Shown piece after piece: positions 13,244 to 26,973 of a stretch of 64,000 nt of DNA. The stretch's first letter is position 1. Every line of letters begins with the position of its first letter. Position numbers and translations under genes: made by a program. The DNA is from Octopus vulgaris (taxonomy: Eukaryota): positions 16,306,001 to 16,370,000 of the forward strand of contig OX597819.1 in the NCBI GenBank assembly GCA_951406725.2. The letters are read 5' to 3'. Below the pieces are notes generated by a model that saw only the letters and a list, made by a program, of their open reading frames with translations, was not told the DNA's origin and did not search any database.

Positions 13244-13298
<55 letters not shown>

Positions 13299-13384
13299 AT
13301 ATGTGTGTGTGTGTGTGTATATACGAATGGTCAGTAGTTCATATATCCGAAAAAGAAGCATACGCTAAAGCATTAGAGCAGTAG

Positions 13385-14135
13385 CGTGTTATTTTAGGAA
13401 GTTAAAAGTTATGGCCGGTCATAGAATGACCATTGGTTTCACACTTATGAAACGCTTAGCAGTATAGGCGACTCGTCAGACTCAAATGGCTGAAGGTGTC
13501 TAACCTCTCTACACCTGGATGAAGAAATACGTGACGGTCATGATTATATGCGAAGAAGCTATGACGGGACTATTTAACGAAGGAGGGATGTCACGTCTGA
13601 ATTACGAAACGTTTTAGATGGAAGCATTGACTGAATACTTCTTTCTTGGAGTTTAAAAGGATCCCCGGGTCGAGCGAGTTTTTAAGATCCTTGCTCTCTC
13701 GGCCAAGCAAAGCTACATCGTTTGATCTTGTTTATACAAGCCCCTAGTTGTTCAAGGAATTTCTATTTAATTATATATGGGTTCTTTCTTTTAAGCGCCA
13801 TACATGGTTGGCCAGGGACGTGTTGTTGCACTTTTCTGGTATCCTAAAGGAGTACTTGTGATTGTTCAGACGTTGCTTAAACGGGGACACGTTTGAACCG
13901 ACATAATTTTGTGTCTGTGTATCGGACGTGCTCCGATGGTTCTTTCGTTAACTCTGGACCTGATGTCGTTGTTGTTGTTGCTGCTGGAGTCGTTGATGGT
14001 ACTGATAATCTTGGACGTAATTCTGGTGGTTCCGTTTTTGCTGTTGGTATTGTTCTTTCTGCTGCTTGAAGCACTGATACCACCACTGCCATCGCCGCTA
14101 TCATTATTGCCATTACAACAATGGTAGCAGTTTCA
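13385..14135 (-). mobile_element. Penelope-like element 3' fragment (GIY-YIG C-terminal half plus pLTR), minus copy
   Basis: Minus strand NYVGS..PFKQRLNNHKYSFRIPEKCNNTSLANHVWRLK with frameshifts. It is an inverted homologue of 14137-14957. Confidence 0.8.
13424..13483 (-). ncRNA. Type I hammerhead ribozyme motif with canonical core in a Penelope pLTR
   Basis: Minus strand GAGU-CUGACGA-[helix II]-GAAA-CCAAUGG-UC-AUUC, located just downstream of the GIY-YIG ORF. Confidence 0.6.
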
Positions 14136-14136
14136 A

Positions 14137-14957
14137 CTATACACAGGTACGAAAATACGTCGGTTCAACAGAATGCCCGATTAAGCAACGTCTGAACAAC
14201 CAAAAGTCCCCTTTTCGAAAACCAGGAAGGCGCAACATCACATATGGAGCTTAAAAGTGGAAGGAACGCCATACATAATTAAATGGAAGCTCCTTGAACA
14301 ACAAGGGGCTTATATAAATGAGAGCAAACGATGTAAACTTTGCTTGTCTGAGAGGGCAAGAATCCTAAAAAACTCGCTCGACCTGGGGACCTTTTTAAAT
14401 TTCAGAAAAGAAGTATTCGGTCAATGCTTTCATCTAAAAGGTTTCCTACTTCAGACTTGGGATCCCCATTCGTTGAATAGTCCTGCTACAGCTCCTTTGC
14501 ACATAATCATGACAGTATCTGATATAAGGGGGATAACTCCGTACCACCCGCAACACGGACAATTATTTTTTGCTTCCAAAACCAACTGGCCGTTACGTAT
14601 TTCTTCCTCCAGTTGTAGAGAGGTTATACACCTTCAACAATTTGAGTCTGACGAGTCACCTATACCGCTAGGCGCGAGCTGGCAGAAACGTTAGCGCCGG
14701 GCAAAATGCGTAGCGGTATTTCGTCTGTCGTTACGTTCTGAGTTCAAATTCCGCCGAGGTCGACTTTGTTTTTCATCCTTTTGGGGTCGACAAATAAACT
14801 ACCCGTTTCGCACTGGGGTCGATGTAATCGACTTAATCCCTTTGTTTGTCCTTGTGTGTCCCCTCTATGTTTAGCCCCTTGTGGGCAGTAAAGGAATATA
14901 TTGGTGCGAAGTCATTCTTCACTCTATGACCGGCCATAACTTTTAACTTCCTAAAGA
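14137..14957 (+). mobile_element. Penelope-like element 3' fragment (GIY-YIG plus pLTR), plus copy, interrupted by a SINE
   Basis: RKYVGSTECPIKQRLNNQKSPF, then VEGTPYIIKWKLLEQQGAYINESKRCKLCLSERARIL...LNFRKEVFGQCFH (ORF 14257-14694). Confidence 0.85.
14669..14900 (+). mobile_element. Full-length MetaSINE (long-tail type)
   Basis: Colinear with 8896-9128. Confidence 0.9.
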
Positions 14958-15052
14958 ATATATATATATATATACATGCAAATGTATTTATTCTTACAGT
15001 AATACCTCGCCCCATTGCACACACACACACACACGCACACACACACACACAC

Positions 15053-15107
<55 letters not shown>

Positions 15108-15374
15108 AATATATATATATATAGCACATGTATATTTAATTTAAATATGTTACACACACATATGGGTGGGTCGTATGTGTGGAGAGAGAGGGAAAGAGAG
15201 TTTGAATAAGCTGTCTGGCGTAACTGCGAAGTCACTGTCATTTAAAAAAAATATCGAACGTAATACTTTGATGAGTCATTTATTCCATGAGATGCTTGTT
15301 GCTGTTGTTTCTTTGTACAATACTCATTTCACTATGCGAGCTAGAACACAAACACACGCACACATACACACACA

Positions 15375-15612
15375 CATATGTACATTCACGCATTCACAAA
15401 CACATATACAGCACACACACACACACGCACACACACACACACACACAAATATACATACATTCACGCATTCACAAACACACATACAGCACACACACACACA
15501 CACACACAAGTATATATACATTCACGCATTCACAAACACACACACAGCACACACACACAGATATATATATTCACGCATTCACAAACACACATACAGACAC
15601 ACACACTCACAC
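15375..15612. repeat. Compound minisatellite: CATTCACGCATTCACAAACAC unit x4 with variable (CA)n spacers
   Basis: ttcacgcattcacaaacac occurs at about 15385, 15460, 15521 and 15570. Confidence 0.8.
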
Positions 15613-15613
15613 G

Positions 15614-15671
<58 letters not shown>

Positions 15672-15685
15672 CATATGGATGTATG

Positions 15686-15746
<61 letters not shown>

Positions 15747-16284
15747 ATGTTTGTATATATGTATAGGATAGCCCAAAGTTCTGGATACATAAGAATTTTG
15801 CCAAGTATATTTCTGATATCCCTGAGATATATGGCAAGTTATTAACAGCACCATATTTTTTAAATAAATAATGTAAATGGAGAGACATCGATACTTGCGC
15901 CGTAGTCCAGTCTTATCTTAAAATTAGACGACATTGATTAGTCCAAAGACCTAGAGTGTAGCTTCGACAAACGGTAATCCACCATATTGCACTGTGTATA
16001 GCGTGTAGGAATTATGCAAATGAAAACTTTCCGGACTGATGGTTCGGATGGTTCTGGGAAAATGTTCAGTGATGGCTTTGTGAATCATTAGGTTGCATGA
16101 ATTGACAAACTATGGAGTCAATCAAGAAGATAATCATATCCATTGGTAGAAATATCATTGCAGATACCATCGGGACGAGGTGTGCTCTTCATGTATTTGC
16201 ACCATGTTAAGAATGCTTAGCTGTCGAATAGCAAAATTTCCAATGAATAAAGTGAGATCCAGAGCTTCGGACAAACCTATATGT

Positions 16285-16339
16285 GTGATGTGTGTGTGTG
16301 GTGTGTGTGTATATATATGTATGTATATATATAAATGTT

Positions 16340-16382
<43 letters not shown>

Positions 16383-16519
16383 ATGTATATTTATATAAAT
16401 ATATATATATGTATCTATGTATGTATATATATGTATGCATATATGTATGTATATATATGTATATATATGTATGTATATATATGTATATATATATATGTAT
16501 ATATATATGTATATATATG

Positions 16520-16556
<37 letters not shown>

Positions 16557-16624
16557 TTATATATGTATGTATATATATGTATATATTTATATATGTATGT
16601 ATAAATATATGTATATATGTATGC

Positions 16625-16658
<34 letters not shown>

Positions 16659-16775
16659 GTATATATTTATATATGTATGTATAAATATATGTATATATGT
16701 ATGCATATATGTATATATGTATGCATATATGTATGTATATATATGTATGTAAATATAAGTATATATATATATGTA

Positions 16776-16816
<41 letters not shown>

Positions 16817-17035
16817 ATATATGTGTATATATATATATATGTAATTATATATATGTGTGTGTATGTATATATATATATATATATGTATGTGTGTATGTGT
16901 ATGAATATAAATATATACATAAAAATATATGTATGTATGTGTGCGTATATATATATATACACATATACATATATACATATACATATATATACATGTATAT
17001 ACATATATATATATTTATGTATATATAAACATGTT
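16285..17035. repeat. Degenerate (TA)n/(TATG)n array
   Basis: Low-complexity alternating sequence. Confidence 0.95.
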
Positions 17036-17427
17036 CACACTTACTAGAACTTTATTACCAATTGCATAATATTTGTTTTTAACTGAAAATGTTGCACATT
17101 ATTGTTCCTCAAATATTGCACATGGATAAAATATTTGCAAATCACATTATTTTTTTCCTTGTCTATCAGTTGCATTTGTTTGTATGTTATATGACAGCTG
17201 TAATAATAATAATAATAATTAATCATAATAATAATAATAATAGTAATAAATAAATAAATAAATAGAAATAATAAGAATGTAACTTTGTAATTTTCATATA
17301 TATTAACAAATTTTCGTCTTCTTGACCAATTAATTTCATTTGATTACATATTCAAATTGCGTATTACTTAATCTACAAACAATTCGACAATAAAAATGTT
17401 GGGTGAAGGTATATATATTTATACACA

Positions 17428-17473
<46 letters not shown>

Positions 17474-17509
17474 TAAATATACATCCATCCGTACATACAT
17501 GTATGTATG

Positions 17510-17540
<31 letters not shown>

Positions 17541-17760
17541 GTGTGTGTGTGTGTTAGTGTTTGTGTGCATACATGTAGAGAGAGAAAGACACATTCATCT
17601 ATATATCTTAATATATCTATAAGTAGAGTAGTGTAGTTTCCATGAAGTAATGTCTAATATATAAATGCTTTAAAGATTGTTTATAACGCCAAAACAAAGC
17701 AATTAGAAACGTTATTAAAAACTGATTAATACAAATCCATGGTTCGTACTGCTACCTGGT

Positions 17761-17800
17761 ATTTCAATATTTCAGGGTTAGAACCTCTTCTTCAGGAAAT
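17761..17800 (-). ncRNA. Minimal type I hammerhead ribozyme, left arm of an inverted pair
   Basis: Minus strand AUUUC-CUGAAGA-AGAGG(UUCUAA)CCCU-GAAA-UA-UU-GAAAU. Confidence 0.7.
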
Positions 17801-17852
17801 TTGATACACGCGCTACCGACTTGACATATCAGCAAACTAGCTTTCACACCAA

Positions 17853-17892
17853 ATTTCCTGAAGAAGGGCTGCTCAACCTGAAATATTGAAAT
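17853..17892 (+). ncRNA. Minimal type I hammerhead ribozyme, right arm of an inverted pair
   Basis: AUUUC-CUGAAGA-AGG(GCUGCUCAA)CCU-GAAA-UA-UU-GAAAU, with 5-bp helix I and palindromic AUAU helix III. Confidence 0.7.
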
Positions 17893-18155
17893 ACCAGGTA
17901 ACAATACAAACCATCGATTTGTATTATTAATTTTTTATAACTTTCATTGTTTTGGCTTTACAAAAAATATTTCATGCTTTTATATATATGTATATGTGTG
18001 TGTGTGAATGTGTGTGTGTATGTATGTATGCATGTATATGTATATGTGTCTGTCTGTATATAGTTCGAAAAAATGGGGATTAAACATTCAAGCAGATATC
18101 AGTAGAGAATCTGGTTAACAAAATCCAACGATTGTATATATGCATATATATACAT

Positions 18156-18200
<45 letters not shown>

Positions 18201-18378
18201 CATGCATACATGTATGTATGCAATATATACATAAATATATATTTTTATCGATATATATATCTACTGATATTCACATATATCTTCGAATACGTGTGAAAAT
18301 GAAAGTCAAACTGCTAATGACTAAAATGACTAAAATATACATATATATATATATATACATACAGAGAGAGAGAGGGGG

Positions 18379-18455
<77 letters not shown>

Positions 18456-18732
18456 AGCCATACATATGCATACATTCATATATCATTAATGCCGTAAGAA
18501 CTCCATTACACTCATTAGTTTACCATTATTTCAACTAAGAGACCAGAGCATTACCGAATAATGAGTGCAGCATTGTACTGTCTTAGCGTCATCATAGCCA
18601 GAATGGATGTCTCTTCGGTGTATACATATGTATTTATGTATGTATATAAATGTTTGTATATATATATATATATGTGTTTATTGTATCGTCTTCTAAGAGT
18701 TATACGTTCTTGTCCATGTTGTATTTTTCTAC

Positions 18733-20145
<1,413 letters not shown>

Positions 20146-20367
20146 GATGGTGCTTCGGAAGAAAACGAGAAAAGAGACTTATCAGATATACAAGCTGTAA
20201 CCTACCAAATCTGTACATGTTGATTCTTCCCGTTAGGTGGCAATTTCTATCTGATCCTTGACGTTTCCATTGATAATAGCTAGATTGTCTTACATTAACA
20301 CTTGGAATAGTATTTCAGTGTTGGTGGTTATTTCAGTGTCGATGTGTATGTATATCCTCATATACGC

Positions 20368-21654
20368 AAACCTATTGACACACACGTCAACACACCATAT
20401 ACATGTTAAGCATATATAAATGAGGAATGCATCGTGTGAGTCTGTTTGCGTACTCTTTCTGTAATTGGGCGTTAACTAGCTGTCGAGAGTTCAATCTCAT
20501 TTACACTCTCTATTTTTCTATATATTTACTCCTATTTTCTATGTATATACCGCGCCCACGTGCTCGTTCACAGACACAGACACACACACAAAATACATAT
20601 TCAGCAGATTTTATCTTTATGCGTATCACGTTATCTGTACACGCGCATGCATACCTCTGCATTTCTGTGTGTGTTGGTGCGTATATGTGTGTGTGTGTGT
20701 ATGCACACCCAATATATATTACGTGTGTGTATGTGTGTGAGGTTTTAAATTTGACAGAGGCTTCGAAGCTTCGTTGCTGCTGTTTTTGCAAACTCTAACA
20801 TAGAAATATTATAAAGGCGGTGAGCTGGCAGAATCGTTACTGCACCGGGCAAAATGCGTAGCAGTATTTCGCCCGTCGCTACGTTCTGAGTTCAAATTCC
20901 ACCGAGGTCGACTTTCAACTTCCTTTCAACCTCCAGGGTCGATGAAACCTATTGACACACAGTCACGTCAACACACCATATACATGTTAATTGCTGATAT
21001 AAATGAGGAATGCATCGTGTGAGTCTGTTTGCGTACTCTTTCTGTAATTGGGCGTTAACTAGCTGTCGAGAGTTCAATCTCATTTACACTCTCTATTTTT
21101 CTATATATTTACTCCTATTTTCTATGTATATACCGCGCCCACGTGCTCGTTCACAGACACAGACACACACACAAAATACATATTCAGCAGATTTTATCTT
21201 TATGCGTATCACGTTATCTGTACACGCGCATGCATACCTCTGCATTTCTGTGTGTGTTGGTGCGTATATGTGTGTGTGTGTGTATGCACACCCAATATTA
21301 GCATATTTCGTGTGTGTATGTGTGTGAGGTTTTAAATTTGACAGAGGCTTCAAGCTTCGTTGCTGCTGTTTTTGCAAACTGTAACATAGAAATATTATAA
21401 TTTATAGACTAAATTGTGGTTTAAATAAATTAACACTATTTCGCAAGTTGCATACTGGAGTCGATCTAATAGACCGCATTTTCCCCTACCCCCAAAAGAA
21501 TATTTTATTTCATTCCAAGGCGGTGAGCTGGCAGAATCATCATTACTGCACCGGGCAAAATGCGTAGCAGTTATTTCGCCCGTCGCTACGTTCTGAGTTC
21601 AAATTCCACCGAGGTCGACTTTCAACTTCCTTTCAACCTCCAGGGTCGATGAAA
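20368..21654 (+). repeat. Near-identical tandem duplication of about 580 bp, each copy ending in a MetaSINE
   Basis: 20368-20946 recurs at 20944-21654. Copy 2 has about 115 extra bp at 21401-21516. The ORF track gives near-duplicate ORFs at 20427 and 21010. Confidence 0.9.
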
Positions 21655-21725
21655 TAAGCACCAGTCACGTAATCGGTTTAATCCCTTCCACTGAAATTGC
21701 TGACCTTGTGCCAGAATTTGAAATC
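21517..21725 (+). mobile_element. MetaSINE (short-tail type ending gccttgtgcca.aatttgaaa); its duplicate lies at 20815-20946
   Basis: aaggcggtgagctggcagaatc head, B box and Meta domain. Confidence 0.85.
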
Positions 21726-22366
21726 GATATTTTATTTCATTTAATTTCTTTGGAAAATTTACAGACTTTCTGTAAACAAAGGAACATTATTTCTTCTAAC
21801 ATTTTTTACGAATATGCTATTCGGTAAAATACCCAAAACATTATATATATATATAAATATACACACACTACAAACTAACAGAACGACAATGATAAAAACC
21901 TCTATCAAAAACCATATTGAAGTGAATTTATTTAATGCAACTTCTCGCTGCAAACCAAATATTAACCATAGAAATGCTAGTATTGGGAGGAATAGATCAC
22001 ACTCGCTCAGTGACAAATAGTTTCGGCAAAAAACGGGAGACAACTTCAGGCAAGTTTCGGTTTTATTTGATTTCTTCGGGGAAACACAGACCCAAGGAAA
22101 GTAATGCTATGGTCATCATTATGTAAGATTACTGTATAATAACCAGAATATTATGCGTGGAAAATTAACATAGACAAACTATTGAGTTTAATTACTCGGA
22201 GATGGCACTTAACACTATTTCGGCAAGTGTGGTCTATACTTCACTGACGAGATCTATAAGGCAGGAATGTACGCAATTTTCTCCCTTACTTGCCAGAATA
22301 ATAAAAATTATATTTGTCATTGAAATAATGTTCTCCACGCCCCCATCTCATTACCATCTCGTGTGT

Positions 22367-22645
22367 GAAAGCGCGTGGCCTAGTGGTTAGGTTATCCGTA
22401 TCACGATCGTAAAGTCATGAGTTCGATTCCCAGCAGCGCGTTGTGTCCTTGAGCAAGACACTTTATTTCACGTTGCTCCAAATCACCTAGCTATCAAAAA
22501 TGAGCAGTACCTGTATTTCAAAGCGTCAACCTTGTCGCATTGTGTGTCAAGCCGAGAGAACTACGTTAAGTGTGCACCTGTCTGTAGAGTGCTCAGCCAC
22601 TTGAACGTTAAGAGGAAAGCTCGCCGTCGTAACAGACGGAGTACC
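22367..22645 (+). mobile_element. tRNA-derived CORE-domain SINE sharing its 3' half with the OR-like family
   Basis: A box tggcctagtgg, B box gagttcgattcc, CORE-like gtgtccttgagcaagacacttta. From gtacctgtatttcaa onward it matches 23416-23595. Confidence 0.85.
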
Positions 22646-22699
22646 AGTTTACTGTTTGTGACGAGATTTAGATTTTTGATCCAGTGTATGCAATTAAAG

Positions 22700-23650
22700 A
22701 AGCATTAAACTGAAATAACTACTTAGGTATCATACTTAACGTAGACAACATTGACAGGCAACATTCTGCAGTTTCATCCGAGATAAAATCCCTTGTAGAT
22801 GGTCTGTGTAACAAAACACGGTATACATATATCGGATGACTCAGGCAAAAACTGCAGTATCTTGCCTGTAACGGTGTAATACGTTAAGTATGATACACAG
22901 ATAGCTATTTAACTTAACGCGGCTTCAGTTATGGTCACTGATTTTTTATTCAGCCCAGCAGTTATTCGCTCTATCAGTGAATATATCATTCACTGTTTCC
23001 TATATATCGGAGATGATAAATTTCGTTCATGCATATGGCTGACTGTAAGTACACGTATTGGCAAGCCCCAGTATGAGCGAAATACAATTGGATACCAGGA
23101 CATTTTTTCTCTCCCCTCAATATATATTATACTTTCTAACACAGTACTTCTATGAGTGAAATCATCTCGGATGAAAACTGTAGTATCTTGTCTGTCAAGA
23201 TGTACATACATTGAATGTGGAGGCGCAATGGCCCAGTGGTTAGGGCAGCGGACTCGCGGTCGTAGGATCGCGGTTTCGATTCCCAGACCGGGCGTTATAA
23301 GTGTTTATTGAGCGAAAACACCTAAAAGCTCCACGAGGCTCCGACAGGGATGGTGGTGATCCCTGCTGTACTCTTTCACCACAACTTTCTCTCACTCTTA
23401 CTTCCTGTTTCTGTTGTACCTGTATTTCAAGGGGCCGGCCTTGTCACTCTCTGTGTCACGCTGAATATCCCTGAGAACTACGTTAAGGGTACACGCGTCT
23501 GTGGAGTGCTCAGCCACTTACACGTTAATTTCACGAGCAAGCTGTTCCGTTGATCGTATCAACCGGAACCCCCGTCGTCGGAACCGACGGAGTGCAAGAA
23601 GGAAGAAGAAGACATACATTAACTATGATACATAGATGACTATTTTAGAC
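22700..23650. repeat. Three more copies of the unclassified ~90-bp unit (one inverted at 22700-22785, 22840-22925, and 23165-23212 plus 23612-23650)
   Basis: tctcggatgaaa(a)ctgcagtatcttgcctgtcaa...ttaagtatgatac motif in both orientations. Confidence 0.65.
23219..23611 (+). mobile_element. Full-length OR-like tRNA-derived SINE with (GAA)n tail and 9-bp TSD
   Basis: A box tggcccagtgg, B box gtttcgattcc. Direct repeat ACATACATT at 23204-23212 and 23612-23620. Confidence 0.9.
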
Positions 23651-23989
23651 TTTTGAATGTCTGCATTAAATGTGTTCAGCAACAACAACTTAACTATTGA
23701 ATTTTATTCAATGCTGCATCCACGTGATTCACCTCGGTGTTTGTTTTAAGAATCTGTCAGTTTACCTTTAACATTCAGGAGATTTTTTTCTATTTTTTCT
23801 TTTAATTTCTTGAATGTTAACCTGCATGTATATATATATATATATGCATTGGGATATATATACATCTTACCCCTTAGGTGCATGTCTGTTAACTGCATTA
23901 CTAATGGTTCTTGCATATCTAAAACAGGATATGAATGCATGTTTATCTTTCTGCCTGCATTACAACACGTTTTAATTTATCTGTATTGA

Positions 23990-24284
23990 AATATACATAC
24001 ATACATACATACATATATATATGTATATATATGTATATATATATATATATGTATTTATATGTATATATATATACATACATATATACATATATATATATAT
24101 ACATACATATATACATATATACATACATACATATATATATGTATATATATGTATATATATATATATATGTATTTATATGTATATATATATACATGTATAT
24201 ATATACATATATATATATATATGTATATATATACATATATATATATATATTTATACACATGTATATATATATACATATATACAT

Positions 24285-24324
<40 letters not shown>

Positions 24325-24347
24325 ATATATGTATATATACACACATG

Positions 24348-24417
<70 letters not shown>

Positions 24418-24496
24418 CATGTGTGTATATATATATATATATATACATGTGTGTATATATATATATATACATACATGTGTGTATATATATATATAT

Positions 24497-24538
<42 letters not shown>

Positions 24539-24573
24539 ATGTATATATGTATATATATATACATGTGTATAAA

Positions 24574-24620
<47 letters not shown>

Positions 24621-24665
24621 CATGTATATATATACATATAAATACATATATATATATATACATAT

Positions 24666-24712
<47 letters not shown>

Positions 24713-24790
24713 CATGTATATATATATATGTATATATATATATGTATATATATGTATATATATATACATGTATATATATATACATACATG

Positions 24791-24859
<69 letters not shown>

Positions 24860-25069
24860 ATATATATGTATATATTTATATGTATATATATATATGTATA
24901 TATATATACATGTATATATATATATACATACATGTATATATATATACATATATATATATATGTATATATATACATGTATATATATATATATATGTATATA
25001 TATACATGTATATATATATACATATATATATATATATACATATACATGTATGTATATATATATATACAC

Positions 25070-25138
<69 letters not shown>

Positions 25139-25142
25139 CATG

Positions 25143-25178
<36 letters not shown>

Positions 25179-25260
25179 TCACATATACATGTATGTATAT
25201 ATATATATACACACATGTATATATATATATATATATATATATACATGTGTGTATATATAT

Positions 25261-25304
<44 letters not shown>

Positions 25305-25858
25305 ATGTATATATGTATATATATATATATATACATGTGTATAAATATATATATGTATATATATACATGTATGTATGTATATATGTATATATATATATAT
25401 ACATGTGTATAAATATATATATGTATATATATACATGTATGTATGTATATATGTATATATATATATATACATGTGTATAAATATATATATGTATATATAT
25501 ACATGTATATATATATACATGTATGTATATATATATATGTATATATATACATGTATATATATATACATATAAATACATATATATATATATACATATATAT
25601 ACATGTATATATATGTATATATATATATACATGTATGTATATATATATATATATGTATATATATATACATGTATATATATATATGTATATATATATGTAT
25701 ATATATATGTATATATATATACATGTATATATATATACATACATGTATATATATATACATGTATATATATATATGTATATATATATGTATATATATATGT
25801 ATATATATATGTATATATATATACATGTATATATATATACATACATGTATATATATAC

Positions 25859-25912
<54 letters not shown>

Positions 25913-25953
25913 GTATATATATATGTATATATATACATGTATATATATATACA

Positions 25954-25985
<32 letters not shown>

Positions 25986-26022
25986 ATATATATACATGTA
26001 TATATATATACATATATACATG

Positions 26023-26054
<32 letters not shown>

Positions 26055-26354
26055 CATGTATATATATATATACATATATACATGTATATATATACATGTA
26101 TATATATACATGTATATATATATATACATGTGTATATATATATATACATGTATATATATATATATATATACATGTATATATATACATGTATATATATATA
26201 TACATATATATATACACATGTATATATATATAGATATATATAAACATGTATATATATATATATATACATGTATATATACATGTATATATATATACATATA
26301 TATATACATGTATATATATACATGTATGTATATATATACATATATATATACATG

Positions 26355-26385
<31 letters not shown>

Positions 26386-26973
26386 ATATATATAAATGTA
26401 TATATACATGATATATATATATACATATATATATAGATATATATATACATGTATGTATATATATAAATGTATATATACATGTATATATATATATACATAT
26501 ATATATAGATATATATATACATGTATGTATATATATATACATGTATATATACATATATATATACATGTATATATATACATGTATATATACATACATATAT
26601 ATATACACATGTATATATATATGTACATGTATATATATATGTATATACATGTATATATATATGTACATGTATATATATATACATATATATATACATATAT
26701 ACACATGTATATATATATGTACATGTATATATATATGTATATGTACATGTATATATATATGTACATGTATATATATATATACATATATATATACATATAT
26801 ATACATGTATATATACATGTATATATATATATATACATGTATATATATATACATGTATATATACATGTATATATATATATATACATGTATATATATATAC
26901 ATGTATATATACATGTATATATATATATATATATACATGTATATATATATGTATATGTATATATATATACATA
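23990..26973. repeat. About 3-kb (TA)n array punctuated by TACATGTA units
   Basis: Continuous alternating purine/pyrimidine sequence with local higher-order repeats near 25260-25500. Confidence 0.95.

Noticed and set aside
15375-15612. Repeat-spacer pattern resembling a CRISPR array
   Set aside because: The spacers are (CA)n microsatellite, the context is eukaryotic and there are no cas genes.
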